NCBI GenBank assembly: GCA_034520625.1
Contig: JAXHNI010000009.1
Coordinates: forward strand, 481,494 to 545,493
Direction: 5' to 3'
Length of the DNA: 64,000 nucleotides
Origin: Gammaproteobacteria bacterium
Lineage (GTDB): Bacteria; Pseudomonadota; Gammaproteobacteria; Arenicellales; JAANXG01
The notes beneath the pieces are model-generated. The model was not told the origin of the DNA. It did not search any database and worked only from the letters and a program-made list of their open reading frames with translations. This document shows positions 8,615 through 18,699 of the stretch, in pieces (positions within the stretch are counted from its first letter, which is position 1; every line of letters starts with the position of its first letter). A program made the translations under genes and the position numbers.

Positions 8615-9979
8615 ATGTATCGAGGATTATGGCCGGTCTGGTTGTTGATGATGTTGTTTGCCGGCGGCGCGGCCGCGCAGGCCGGGGCCGGCGAGCCGGC
8701 CCCGGAAGTCAGCGAGACGGTGCTGGACAACGGGCTCAGGGTGCTGGTCCTGCCGGACACCCGGGCGCCGGTGGTGGTTTCCCAGATCTGGTACAAAGTG
8801 GGCAGCAGCTACGAGCCCGAGGGCCTGACCGGCATTTCCCATGTTCTCGAGCACATGATGTTCAAGGGCACGGAGAACCTGGAACCCAACGAGTTTTCGC
8901 GCATTATCGCCAACAACGGCGGCAGGGAAAATGCGTTTACCGGCCGGGACTACACCGCCTATTTCGAGCAGCTGGAGAAGTCCAGGCTGCCCATCGCCTT
9001 CGAGCTGGAAGCCGAACGGATGCACAGGTTGAAGCTGGATCCGGCGGAGTTCAGGAAGGAGGTTCAGGTGGTTCTCGAGGAGCGGCGGCTGCGTACCGAT
9101 GATAAGCCGGAATCCCTGACCTACGAGAAGTTCCGCGCCACGGCATTCCAGCGGTCGCGCTACGGCAATCCCGTGATCGGTTGGCCGGAGGATCTGCGAT
9201 CCCTCACCGTGGCGGACCTCGAGGACTGGTACGAACGCTTCTACTCGCCGTCCAACGCGACCCTGGTGGTGGTGGGGGACGTCGTGCCCGGGGAAGTTTT
9301 CGCGCTGGCGGAAAAGCATTTCGGTCCCATCCCCGAGACCGACGTTCGGCCCCACCCCGATCCCCGGGAGCAGGCCCAGGAGGAGAAACGCACCGTGACG
9401 GTGGAGGCACCGGCAACGGTTCCCTACATCCTCATCGGCTACCACGTCCCCAACCTCGGGTCCCCGGACGCCGAGCCCTGGGAGCCCTACGCCCTGGAGG
9501 TTCTGGCGTATCTGCTGGACGGCGGCAAGACCGCCCGTTTGAGCCGGGACCTGGTGCGCGGCGAGCAGGTGGCCGCGTCGGCGGGCGCCGGATACGATGC
9601 GGCGGCGCGTATGGACACCCAGTTCCTTCTGGCCGGGAATCCGGCCGGTGGTCGAACCATCGACGAGTTGCGCCGGGGCCTGCTCTCGGTGGTGGAGGAC
9701 GTCAAGAGCGAGCCGGTGAGCGCGGAGGAACTGGAGCGCGTCAAGGTGCAGCTGGTGGCGGGGAAAGTGTTCGAGACGGACTCGATCTTCTATCAGGCCA
9801 TGCGTTTGGGCATGTTCGAGACCAACGGCCACGGCTGGGAAGCGGCGCAGACGTTCAACGACCGCCTGCGGGAGGTCACTGCCGCCCAGGTGCAGGCGGT
9901 GGCGAAAAAATACCTTGTGGAGAGCAACATGACCGAAGCGGTTCTCGAGCCTACCGGGATGCAGGAGGCTGGACAATGA
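8615..9979 (+). CDS. M16 family zinc peptidase (active subunit, secreted)
   Basis: It carries the inverted zinc motif HVLEH (HxxEH). The signal peptide MYRGLWPVWLLMMLFAGGAAAQA begins at ATG 8615. The track ORF starts at 8579. Confidence 0.88.
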   Translation: MYRGLWPVWLLMMLFAGGAAAQAGAGEPAPEVSETVLDNGLRVLVLPDTRAPVVVSQIWYKVGSSYEPEGLTGISHVLEHMMFKGTENLEPNEFSRIIANNGGRENAFTGRDYTAYFEQLEKSRLPIAFELEAERMHRLKLDPAEFRKEVQVVLEERRLRTDDKPESLTYEKFRATAFQRSRYGNPVIGWPEDLRSLTVADLEDWYERFYSPSNATLVVVGDVVPGEVFALAEKHFGPIPETDVRPHPDPREQAQEEKRTVTVEAPATVPYILIGYHVPNLGSPDAEPWEPYALEVLAYLLDGGKTARLSRDLVRGEQVAASAGAGYDAAARMDTQFLLAGNPAGGRTIDELRRGLLSVVEDVKSEPVSAEELERVKVQLVAGKVFETDSIFYQAMRLGMFETNGHGWEAAQTFNDRLREVTAAQVQAVAKKYLVESNMTEAVLEPTGMQEAGQ

Positions 9980-11280
9980 AACAGGCTGTGGTCGGTATTC
10001 TTCTGGCCGTGGCCAGCGCCGGGGCGCACGCCGCGCTCGATATCCAGCACTGGACCACCGCCAATGGCGCCCGGGTCTATTTCGTGGAAACCCACCAGAT
10101 CCCCATGGTTCAGTACGCCGTCGGCTTCGATGCGGCGGGTGCCCGGGATCCGGAGGACAGGCACGGCCTGGCCTCGCTGGTGAACACCCTGATGGACGAC
10201 GGCGCCGGCGGCATGGACGAGGAGACGGTCGCCGAGAAGCTGGCGGCGGTGGGTGCGCGGTACAGCAGCCAGAGTGCCCGGGACATGTCGACCCTGGAGC
10301 TGAAGGTGCTGTCGGAAGGCTCGTACCTGGAGCCGGCGGTGGACGTGTTCGCGCAGATCATCGCGCGGCCGGATTTCCCCGCCGATGCCCTGGAACGGGA
10401 GCGGCGGAGAACACTGGTGGGCATCGAACAGGCCCGGCAGTCGGCGCGCGACGTGGCCCAGCGCGTGTTCTACGCCGAGCTGTTCGCGGGTCATCCCTAC
10501 GGCCACATGCCCGAGGGCGACGAGCAGAGCGTGAAGAAGATTACCCGCGCCGACCTGATCTCGTTCCACGAACGCTACTACACCGGGGCCAACGCCGTGG
10601 TCGCCATAGTCGGCGACCTGAGCCGCGCCCGGGCCGAAGAGACCGCCGAGAAGATCGTCGGCCTGCTGCCCGAAGGGGATCCGGCACCGCCGCTCGCGCC
10701 TGTGGCGGGGCGGGAGAAGAGCGCCAGGGTGGAGGAGCCGTTCCCCTCCCAGCAGAGCCACCTGCTGCTGGGTCAGCCGGGTATCACCCGGGACGATCCG
10801 GATTATTTTCCGCTTTACGTCGGCAACCACATACTGGGCGGCAGCGGTCTGATCTCCCGCCTGTCCGTGCAGATCCGCGAGGAACGGGGTCTGGCATACA
10901 GCGTCTACAGCTATTTCGTACCGATGCAGCGCCGCGGCCCGTACATGCTGGGCCTGCAGACCAAGAACGAGCAGGCGGACAATGCGCGGAAGATCGTCAT
11001 AGAAACCGTGGGACGCTTCATCGATGAAGGCCCCGCCGCGGATGAGCTGGAAGCGGCCAGGAACAACATCACCGGCGGATTTCCCCTGCGTCTGGACAGC
11101 AATGAAGAAATCGCCGGCAATCTGCTGAACATTGCCTACTATGGTTTGCCGCTCGACTATCTCGATACCTACCCGGAGAAGGTGTCCGCCGTGACCATCG
11201 AGGAGATCCGTGACGCCTTCCGGCGCCGCATCGATCCGCAGCAGTGGGTTCAGGTCAGAGTTGGGCCGGCCGACGAGTAG
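9976..11280 (+). CDS. M16 family peptidase-like protein (non-catalytic partner, no HxxEH)
   Basis: ATGA overlap with the upstream M16 gene. The signal peptide is MKQAVVGILLAVASAGAHA. The M16 C-terminal fold pattern is present. The 699-aa track ORF 9181..11280 is an artefactual N-terminal extension in the same frame. Confidence 0.85.
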   Translation: MKQAVVGILLAVASAGAHAALDIQHWTTANGARVYFVETHQIPMVQYAVGFDAAGARDPEDRHGLASLVNTLMDDGAGGMDEETVAEKLAAVGARYSSQSARDMSTLELKVLSEGSYLEPAVDVFAQIIARPDFPADALERERRRTLVGIEQARQSARDVAQRVFYAELFAGHPYGHMPEGDEQSVKKITRADLISFHERYYTGANAVVAIVGDLSRARAEETAEKIVGLLPEGDPAPPLAPVAGREKSARVEEPFPSQQSHLLLGQPGITRDDPDYFPLYVGNHILGGSGLISRLSVQIREERGLAYSVYSYFVPMQRRGPYMLGLQTKNEQADNARKIVIETVGRFIDEGPAADELEAARNNITGGFPLRLDSNEEIAGNLLNIAYYGLPLDYLDTYPEKVSAVTIEEIRDAFRRRIDPQQWVQVRVGPADE

Positions 11281-11851
11281 TGGTCGTGCGGGCTGCGTCC
11301 GGATAATCGGCGGCCGATGGCGGGGCCGCCGGGTGTCGTTTCCCGGATCCGAAGGGCTGCGGCCCACCCCGGACCGGGTCCGGGAAACGGTATTCAATTG
11401 GCTTACCCCGTACCTGCCGGGCGCCAGGGTTCTGGATCTGTTCGCCGGCAGCGGCGTACTGGGCCTGGAGGCGTTGTCCCGCGGCGCCGCCTCGGTGGTG
11501 GCGGTGGAAAAGCACCGGCGCGTCGCCGACCAGTTGCGCGAGTCCGCCCGCGCGCTGGAGGCGGAGGGCTTCGAGGTCGTGGTCATGGATGTCATGGCCT
11601 TCCTGCGTACCCCCCGTCCGCCGTTCGATGTCATCTTTGCCGATCCGCCGCATGCCACCGCGGACTACGAATCCCTGTTCGCAGCTCTGGACGCGAGCGG
11701 CCTCGCGGGACCGGCGGCGTTCTTCTATCTCGAATTCTCCAGCCCCCGGTCATCGGCGTTCTCAACGCCGGACTCCTGGATATGCCACCGGACGTCGCGG
11801 GCGGGGCATCTGACGTATCAGCTGTGGCGGCGTGCGGAACGGCCCGATTGA
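11210..11851 (+). CDS. rsmD: 16S rRNA (guanine966-N2)-methyltransferase
   Basis: It has RIIGGRWRGRRV, the SAM motif DLFAGSG and FADPPH. The start is uncertain: ATG 11210 overlaps the upstream gene by 71 nt, and TTG 11261 is the alternative. Confidence 0.85.
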   Translation: MTPSGAASIRSSGFRSELGRPTSSGRAGCVRIIGGRWRGRRVSFPGSEGLRPTPDRVRETVFNWLTPYLPGARVLDLFAGSGVLGLEALSRGAASVVAVEKHRRVADQLRESARALEAEGFEVVVMDVMAFLRTPRPPFDVIFADPPHATADYESLFAALDASGLAGPAAFFYLEFSSPRSSAFSTPDSWICHRTSRAGHLTYQLWRRAERPD

Positions 11852-11911
11852 CCCGGCGGGGTGCTCGCTTTAGTCTTAGCCGTTTACGAACAAGAACAAG
11901 GCGAGCCCGAC

Positions 11912-12385
11912 TTGATTGCACTGTATCCCGGCACTTTCGACCCGATCACCAACGGTCACTCGGACCTGATACTCCGTGCGCGGCATATTTTCGGCAACCT
12001 GGTGGTGGCGATCGCCGAAAATCCCCGCAAGACTCCCCTGTTTCCGCTCCGGGAGCGCGTCGAGATGGTGAAGGCGGTGACCGACGACATCGACAATGTC
12101 ACTGTGATCGGTTTCGAAGGCCTGCTGATCGATTGCGTGCGGGACAACAATGCGGGGGTGCTCATCCGGGGGCTGAGGGCCGTGTCGGATTTCGAGTTCG
12201 AGTTCCAGCTTGCCTCGGCGAACCGCCGCCTCGATCCCAATATCGAAACGGTCTTCCTGACTCCTTCCGAGAGCCACACGTTTACATCCGCCTCGCTGGT
12301 GAAGGAGATCGCCATGTTCGGCGGAGACGTTTCCAGCTTTCTGCACCCGGTGGTGCTGGAAGCCGTGAAAAGGAAGTTCGAGTAG
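11912..12385 (+). CDS. coaD: phosphopantetheine adenylyltransferase
   Basis: It has [15 protein letters not shown] at 11912 gives 157 aa, a typical length. The track ORF starts at GTG 11861. Confidence 0.9.
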   Translation: MIALYPGTFDPITNGHSDLILRARHIFGNLVVAIAENPRKTPLFPLRERVEMVKAVTDDIDNVTVIGFEGLLIDCVRDNNAGVLIRGLRAVSDFEFEFQLASANRRLDPNIETVFLTPSESHTFTSASLVKEIAMFGGDVSSFLHPVVLEAVKRKFE

Positions 12386-12407
12386 AGGGAAAAGCCGCGG
12401 ACCGGGA

Positions 12408-14423
12408 TCAGGCCCGGGCCTGGTAGGACGCCTCGGCCCGTTCCTCGTCCAGCTGCCGGGCTTCCAGCCGTCCCTCGCGCAGGGAAGCGTCTTCCAGGTA
12501 AGACTCGATTCTCGCCACGAACCCATCCATCGCCGCTTTCTGGTTCTGGATGCCTTCCTTGACGTGGGACAGCTCGGCAAGGCGGTCGTCCAGGGTGTCG
12601 CTGGCCTTGTGGATGCGCTTGATGCTTTCCAGCCTGCGGCGCAGCTGCACCTGGTGCTCCCGGACCTGGGACTCCATCGGGGACATGATGGTTCGCAGCC
12701 AGTCATCGGCGTCACTGTTCGCCCGCTCGAATATCTGGCGCACCTTCAGTACAACGGAGTCGTAGAATCGGCGCGCCACGACCATCTGCTCGGTCATGAC
12801 CACGGACAGGCCGCGGATAAAATAGTCGTGCCTTTCCATCAGCCGCCGCAGCTCCCGCTGGTAGCGCGTGGTGGAGAACTTCCGGGGCTTGATGTTCGCC
12901 AGGCCGTGTTCCTCCTGGAACTTCCTGTAAACGCCCTCCATGAGCTCCTGGATTTCCCTGGACTGTTTCGCCGCGGAATCGAGCGTGCCGTCGACCTCGG
13001 TGAAGAACTTCAACATGCTGGTCCGCAGCCCGCCCGTGGTGAGGCTGATGGACATGTTCTTCTTGGTTTCCGCAATGAGCCGGTTGATGCGCTGCAGGCT
13101 CAACTGGTCGTACAGCTTGTTGGTCTGCCGGGAGAAGACCGACCGCGTGGCCTGGAAGCGCTGCAGGTTCTTTTCGAGATGTTCCTTGTCCGCCCGGACC
13201 TTGTCCATCATGTCCTCGATCACTTCCATATTCCTGCTGCTCAGCTTCTTCAGCTCGTTGATGTGGTCGTCCACGTCCCGGATGCGCTGGTCGCCAAGCG
13301 CCCGGGCCGTACCGACGATCTGGATCAGCTCCGCCTCGACGTTCCGGCTGACGATCTTGCGTTTTGCGGGCATGATGATGTTCGCGAGGGCGTCTTCCAG
13401 TTCCGTGACGCGGCTCTTGTCGATGATTTCTCCGTCTTGCCGGACTTTCCCAAGCAGGCCTTTCTGGGCGGAAATGGGGTAGATCTGCTGGTTCGGGACG
13501 TTCAGCGTAACGGAGGTGTTCTCGATCTGTCGCTCGATCTCCCGCTTCACTTCCACGGGATCACGGAGCTCGTCCCACAGCACGTCGATCTTGTTCAGAA
13601 TCACCAGACGATTGCTCTCGGCGGACTTCTTTCCTGCGGAGATGTGGTCCCGCCACAAGGCCAGGTCGGATTTCGTCACCCCGGCGTCCGCCGCCAGGAT
13701 GAACACCACTGCGTGGGCGTTGGCGAGCATGTTCAGGGTGAGCTCCGGCTCCGCGCCCAGGGCATTGAGCCCCGGCGTGTCCAGTATGACGAGACCCTTC
13801 TCCAGCAGAGGATGGGGGAAGTTGATAATCGCGTGCCGCCAGCGGGGAATCTCGATATGGCCCCGGTCGTTCATGCGCATGCCGTCGTCGTGGGCGTCGT
13901 CGGACGCCACTGTCAGCCCCAGCGCCTCGGCCCGCTCCCGGTCCACGAACTTGACCTCGGTCAGCTGCTTCATCGCCCGGGAGGTGCTGTCGGCGTCGGT
14001 GGGATCCAGCGGCAGGGTGTCCCATTCGTCGGGGTACTTCTTGTACTCCGTGATGGTGGTATCGTTCTCGCGCGTCTCGATGGGCAGCAGTTTCAGGCAC
14101 GGCTCCCAGCGGCTGGTGTACTGGATTTCCGTGGGGCACATCGTAGTGCGGCCCGCCCCCGACGGCACGATGCGCTGGCCCAGGTGACCGAAGAAAATGG
14201 CGTTGATCAGCTCGGACTTGCCCCGGGAGAACTCGGCGACGAACGCGACGTAGAGTTTGTCGTCGTTGAGGGTGTTGATGAGCTGATTGATTCGTTCCTC
14301 GACGTCCATATCGCCGAGATTCTGCTCCTGCAGCCAGTCCCGATACTCCTCGATGGCAGCTTTTACGGATTGGCGCCAGTCGCTGTAAACGTCGAATTCG
14401 CGTTCTATTTGAGTTTCTATCAT
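12408..14423 (-). CDS. bacterial dynamin-like GTPase (solitary)
   Basis: The 671-aa product has G1 AEFSRGKSELINA, G3 ILDTPG and G4 LNKID. A helical stalk of about 350 aa follows. I saw no obvious TM or paddle segment. Confidence 0.75.
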   Translation of the reverse strand: MIETQIEREFDVYSDWRQSVKAAIEEYRDWLQEQNLGDMDVEERINQLINTLNDDKLYVAFVAEFSRGKSELINAIFFGHLGQRIVPSGAGRTTMCPTEIQYTSRWEPCLKLLPIETRENDTTITEYKKYPDEWDTLPLDPTDADSTSRAMKQLTEVKFVDRERAEALGLTVASDDAHDDGMRMNDRGHIEIPRWRHAIINFPHPLLEKGLVILDTPGLNALGAEPELTLNMLANAHAVVFILAADAGVTKSDLALWRDHISAGKKSAESNRLVILNKIDVLWDELRDPVEVKREIERQIENTSVTLNVPNQQIYPISAQKGLLGKVRQDGEIIDKSRVTELEDALANIIMPAKRKIVSRNVEAELIQIVGTARALGDQRIRDVDDHINELKKLSSRNMEVIEDMMDKVRADKEHLEKNLQRFQATRSVFSRQTNKLYDQLSLQRINRLIAETKKNMSISLTTGGLRTSMLKFFTEVDGTLDSAAKQSREIQELMEGVYRKFQEEHGLANIKPRKFSTTRYQRELRRLMERHDYFIRGLSVVMTEQMVVARRFYDSVVLKVRQIFERANSDADDWLRTIMSPMESQVREHQVQLRRRLESIKRIHKASDTLDDRLAELSHVKEGIQNQKAAMDGFVARIESYLEDASLREGRLEARQLDEERAEASYQARA

Positions 14424-14550
14424 TCGTCGATGAACCGGTTCCAGTCAGCCTTTGTTTAATTTATAGCCCATTATCCGGGATTTTGCAAAAATCCACGCAA
14501 ATCCAGCCAGTTACAACGCACTCTGAAATAACAACTTGAACTGTCGTCCG

Positions 14551-15366
14551 TCATCGCTGGCAGCCGGGGCAGTAGTAGCTCGCCCGCTGCGCGATGATAC
14601 GCTTGGAGATCGGCCGCCCGCATCCGCCGCAGGGCAGCCCCGCGCGATCATACACCGTGAGCTGCGGCACGAAGTACCCGGGATCGCCGTCCTCGTTGAC
14701 AAAATCCCGTAGCGTGGATCCGCCCCGGCCGATGGCGGCCAGGAGAATGTCGCGAACCGCCCCGGCCAGCGTGTCGCAGCGGTTCCGGCTGATCCGCCCG
14801 GCCGGCCGGGCGGGGTGGATGCCGGCGCGGTACAGTGCTTCGCTGGCGTATATGTTCCCGACGCCCGCGACCACGTGGCTGTCCATGAGAAACGCCTTGA
14901 TGGACGCCCGTCGACCGCGCGACCGGGCATGGAGGTAGCCGCCGTTGAAGTCGTCGGACAGGGGCTCGGGTCCCAGGGCGCGAAGCAGCCGGTGGCGTTC
15001 CGTCGGCCGCGTAGTGAACAATACGCTGCCGAAACGCCGGGGATCCCGGAATCTCAGGCAGGCGCCGGAGTCCAGCTCGATATCAAGGTGGTCGTGCTTC
15101 TGCGGGGGAGCGGACCGCGGAACCACGCGCAGGTTGCCGGACATGCCGAGGTGGATCAGCAGGTGCCCCCGGTCCACCGCGAGCAGCAGGTATTTGGCGC
15201 GGCGCGTGACGCTCCTGATCACCTGTCCCGGCAGCTCGGTGGTGATCCGGCGGGGCACCGGCCAGCGCAGGCGCGGCTCGCGCACCCTCACCGCGACGAT
15301 CCGGCGGGTCGTGACGTGGGGCGCAATGCCCCGGCGGACGGTTTCGACTTCTGGCAGTTCGGGCAC
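14551..15366 (-). CDS. mutM: formamidopyrimidine-DNA glycosylase
   Basis: A GTG start gives the N-terminus (M)PELPEVETVRRG. The C-terminal zinc finger is CGGCG...YYCPGCQ. The product is 271 aa. The track ORF extends to 15540. Confidence 0.92.
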   Translation of the reverse strand: MPELPEVETVRRGIAPHVTTRRIVAVRVREPRLRWPVPRRITTELPGQVIRSVTRRAKYLLLAVDRGHLLIHLGMSGNLRVVPRSAPPQKHDHLDIELDSGACLRFRDPRRFGSVLFTTRPTERHRLLRALGPEPLSDDFNGGYLHARSRGRRASIKAFLMDSHVVAGVGNIYASEALYRAGIHPARPAGRISRNRCDTLAGAVRDILLAAIGRGGSTLRDFVNEDGDPGYFVPQLTVYDRAGLPCGGCGRPISKRIIAQRASYYCPGCQR

Positions 15367-15647
15367 GGTTTCTCGGGTTAGCAGCCTGTCGGACTCAGGG
15401 GATCGGTCCCGGGCGGCTTGAAACCCGTCCGGGCGCCCGCAGTATGGAACGGATGCCGCCGGGCAGCGCGCCTGATTTCGACAAGCCCGGGAGCATGTGA
15501 CACAAGTCGGGGTCTCCTCTGGATAACCGACCGGCGCCAAAAATGGCAGTATAAAGGAATCTTCGCCACGCCCCGAGAGCTCCTGATTTCACGAACCCCC
15601 GCGCGCTGGCGGTTCGCACCAATCCAATGCAGCAGGCCGATTCGAGT

Positions 15648-16706
15648 ATGAACGACGACAACAGCGCCGGGACTCACGGGCCATTTCGCGTACGGCTGAA
15701 GGGCAGCGGCACGGAGTTCGAGGTTCTCGGCGGAGAATCGGTTCTCGATGCCGCGCTGCGGCAGGGCATTGTCCTGCCTTACAGCTGCCGCACCGGTACC
15801 TGCGCGACCTGCAAGGGGCGGCTGATCTCCGGCGAAGTCGACTACGGCGAGTACCAGGAGCAGGCATTGACCGCCGCGGAGCGGGACCAGGGCTATGCGT
15901 TGCTGTGCCAGGCGCAGCCGCGGTCGGATCTCGAGGTGGAGGCGCGCGAGGTGGCGGTCGCCGAAGAGATCGAGATCAAGCTGCTGCCCTGCCGGGTCAC
16001 CGCGATGACGCCGATCTCCCACGATGTCATGGAGCTCCGGGTCCAGCTGCCGCAGAACCAGCGTTTCCACTACCTCCCCGGCCAGTATATCGACCTGCTG
16101 ATGCGCGACGGCCGCCGGCGCAGCTTCTCTATCGCCAATCCGCCCGCCGAGGAAGGCGTGCTGGAGCTGCACGTCCGGCGCGTGCCGGACGGCTATTTCA
16201 CCAACTACATTTTCGACGGCATGAAGGTGCGCGACCTGCTTCGCTTCGAGGGCCCGCTCGGTACCTTCTTCCTGCGCGACGGTGATGAGCGCAGGCCGTT
16301 GATATTCGTCGCCGGCGGCACGGGCTTCGCCCCGATCAAGGCGATCCTCGAGCACGCCTTCGACGAGGGCGTAAGCCGCCCCATGCACTTTTTCTGGGGC
16401 GTCCGCGGCGAGCGTGATCTGTACATGCGCGAACTCGTGGAATCCTGGCAGCAGCGCTACGACCGGTTCTCTTTCACGCCGGTCCTGTCGGAACCCGGCG
16501 GCGAAGATCAATGGAACGGTGATACCGGCTGGGTTCACGATGTGGTCACACAGTACCATCCCGACCTGTCCGGCTATCAGGTGTATGCTTCCGGCCCGCC
16601 GCCCATGATCGAAGCGCTGAAAAAATCATTTCCAGAGCACGGGCTGCCGGCGGAACAACTGTTCTATGATTCCTTCGAGTTTTCCTACGATACTCCCGCT
16701 TCATAG
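15648..16706 (+). CDS. 2Fe-2S ferredoxin / FNR-type flavin reductase fusion (CDP-6-deoxy-delta-3,4-glucoseen reductase-like)
   Basis: It has the plant-type cluster CRTGTCATCKG...C, the FAD motif RRSFSIAN and the NAD motif AGGTGFAP. The start is ATG 15648 or 15627. Confidence 0.8.
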   Translation: MNDDNSAGTHGPFRVRLKGSGTEFEVLGGESVLDAALRQGIVLPYSCRTGTCATCKGRLISGEVDYGEYQEQALTAAERDQGYALLCQAQPRSDLEVEAREVAVAEEIEIKLLPCRVTAMTPISHDVMELRVQLPQNQRFHYLPGQYIDLLMRDGRRRSFSIANPPAEEGVLELHVRRVPDGYFTNYIFDGMKVRDLLRFEGPLGTFFLRDGDERRPLIFVAGGTGFAPIKAILEHAFDEGVSRPMHFFWGVRGERDLYMRELVESWQQRYDRFSFTPVLSEPGGEDQWNGDTGWVHDVVTQYHPDLSGYQVYASGPPPMIEALKKSFPEHGLPAEQLFYDSFEFSYDTPAS

Positions 16707-16746
16707 CGTAGGGCGCGGGCCGCGGCGGCGGAATACCGCGCTCGCT

Positions 16747-17418
16747 ATGATTGTCGTGCTGGTGATGACGGCGTGCGCCCCGGCGCCGGTGATCCGGGAG
16801 CCGGCCGGCGAGCCACCTCTGCCGGGCAGAACGGCGGCGGGCGCGGCGCACTACCGGGTCGTCGACGAGGGTACCCGGGTCTATGCGCGAGTGTTTCGCG
16901 GCGGCAGCATGGCCCGACTCGGACACAATCACGTCGTGCTGTTTCCCGGCGTCCGGGGCGACGTATACCTGACTACCGGGATCGACGGCTCCCTGTTCGA
17001 CCTGGTCGTGCCCGTGGCCGGCGCGGAGGTGGACCCGCCGGAGCTCAGGCGGGATCAGGGCCGGGCATTCCGGACCGATATCTCCGACGATGCCCGTGCC
17101 CGTACCCGGGGCAACATGCTGGGAGAACGGGTCCTCGACGCTGCCCGTTACCCCCATATCACCGTCAGCTCCACGAGGATTGAAGGCCGGCCGGACGGTC
17201 CGCTTGTCACGCTGGACATTACCATCCGGGCAACCACCCGGCGGCTGGTAGTGCCGGTGACCCTGCGCCATGGTGCGGACAGCCTGCGCGCCGAAGGCCG
17301 GCTCGAACTCCTGCAGAGCGAATTCGGCATCGAGCCGTTTACGGTGCTGGGCGGGGCGCTGCGGGTCGAGGATCGCGTGGAGCTGGTGTTCACCGTGTCC
17401 GCGGAAAGGGCTGATTAA
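16747..17418 (+). CDS. YceI-like domain lipoprotein
   Basis: It has the lipobox LVMTAC. The YceI-like pattern is LGHNHVV...RYPHITVSS...LELLQSEFGIEPF. The ATG at 16747 lies downstream of the previous stop. Confidence 0.65.
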   Translation: MIVVLVMTACAPAPVIREPAGEPPLPGRTAAGAAHYRVVDEGTRVYARVFRGGSMARLGHNHVVLFPGVRGDVYLTTGIDGSLFDLVVPVAGAEVDPPELRRDQGRAFRTDISDDARARTRGNMLGERVLDAARYPHITVSSTRIEGRPDGPLVTLDITIRATTRRLVVPVTLRHGADSLRAEGRLELLQSEFGIEPFTVLGGALRVEDRVELVFTVSAERAD

Positions 17419-17469
17419 TGCAGCCCCCGTCATATAAAGACGACAGCCGCCGCGAACGCGCCCCGGTCG

Positions 17470-18699
17470 CTACTCGAATTCCTCGTATCGCCTGACGTGC
17501 TCGAGCTGCCGGGCGGCGCCCTCTCCGCCGGGGGCGGAGGCTTTCTTCAGTCCGTCCCGGTAGTACGCCAGGGCCTTCTCCGGGTCGTCGAGCTGTTCCA
17601 GGAGCCGGCCGAGCTCCTCGTAAGCCTCCACGGTCCCCCCTGCGCCGATACAGGCTTCCAGGTAAGAGCGGGCCTTGCCCCACAGCTCGTGATTCAGGCA
17701 GATGCGGGCCAGTGCCAGCATCAGCTCGGGGTCGTCCGGGTGCTTCGCCGCCCATTGCTCGGCGGTTTTGAGCTGTGACGACAGGTCGCTGCTGACCACC
17801 CGGCCGTACAGCCTTACCCAGTCGGGCTCCCAGCTGCGGTTCACCGCCTTGCGGAGCAGGTTCTCGGCCTCGTCCATGCGGCCCATCTGGATCTGCCGGT
17901 CGGCATAGGCCGCCAGCAGGTCGCTGTCCGACTGCTCGGATTTCGGGAGCGTTTTCCAGGCCTGATCGAGGCGCTCGGGCTCAGCGTGCTGAAGGACGTT
18001 GACCGCGGCCAGCTTCTGGAGGCGGTCCAGTTCCGGCTCGGGCAAGGCGCCGTGCTTCCGGGCGGCGGGCAGGAACTCCATGAGTTTCTGCCAGTCACGA
18101 AGCTCTTCGCAGGTTTTGACCGTCAGTCCCAGGATCTTGGCGTTCTTCGGATTGTTACGCCGCAGGGGCTCTAGGGTTTTCAGGGCCGGCTCGTACTCCC
18201 CGGCGCGATACTGCAGGAGCGCCTGGGTGACCCCGATCTCCAGGCCGCGGTCCGGTGCCGCTTTCCGTGCCTTCTGCAGGTAGCTGTCGCGCGCCTCGAA
18301 GTTGCCCTGGCTGTGGGCGGCGTGGGCGGCGCCGATGAAATTCAGCACCTGGTTGTCGGCGTACGGTAGGTAGCTCAGGAGGTGCTTCTCCGCCCGGCTC
18401 CAGTCGCCCTCGATGAGCTCCAGCATGCCCTTGGCCCGGAGCTGGTGGGCCTTGCCTTCCCGCCGCCGCTGCCGCGCCTGGCGGAGGTTGCGGGGCGAGT
18501 TCCAGGTGCGGACCAGCGTGCGGATGGCGAAGTACAGAACCAGGAAGCCTGCGGCGAGAAGCACGATGAACAGGGCCAGGGAGACTTCCACGCTCCAGGG
18601 TTTCAGCGTGATCAGGACGTAGCCTGGATCGTCCATGAAAAACAGCGCCGCGGCGACCGCCAGCGCAAGCGTGACCAGTACGAGCAGCAGCGCGGTCAC
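17470..18699 (-). CDS. hemY: heme biosynthesis-associated TPR membrane protein HemY
   Basis: It has two N-terminal TM helices plus TPR repeats and sits in hemCDXY synteny. Confidence 0.85.
   Translation of the reverse strand: MTALLLVLVTLALAVAAALFFMDDPGYVLITLKPWSVEVSLALFIVLLAAGFLVLYFAIRTLVRTWNSPRNLRQARQRRREGKAHQLRAKGMLELIEGDWSRAEKHLLSYLPYADNQVLNFIGAAHAAHSQGNFEARDSYLQKARKAAPDRGLEIGVTQALLQYRAGEYEPALKTLEPLRRNNPKNAKILGLTVKTCEELRDWQKLMEFLPAARKHGALPEPELDRLQKLAAVNVLQHAEPERLDQAWKTLPKSEQSDSDLLAAYADRQIQMGRMDEAENLLRKAVNRSWEPDWVRLYGRVVSSDLSSQLKTAEQWAAKHPDDPELMLALARICLNHELWGKARSYLEACIGAGGTVEAYEELGRLLEQLDDPEKALAYYRDGLKKASAPGGEGAARQLEHVRRYEEFE

Noticed and set aside
9181-9975. N-terminal 265 codons of the 699-aa track ORF 9181..11280.
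   Set aside because: This part lies out of frame inside the upstream M16 peptidase gene and translates to Gly/Arg/Pro-rich sequence. The real gene starts at ATG 9976 with a signal peptide and an ATGA overlap.
9793-11658. A 621-aa antisense ORF. Similar very long ORFs lie opposite real genes: 42176..44152 (-), 46524..48866 (-), 54136..56250 (-), 54150..56417 (+), 26581..27918 (-), 12564..14459 (+), 53232..54089 (+).
   Set aside because: Their translations are low-complexity and rich in Arg, Gly, Pro and Ala with no recognisable motifs. They lie antisense to genes with strong family signatures. Stop-codon depletion on the opposite strand is expected at about 65% GC.
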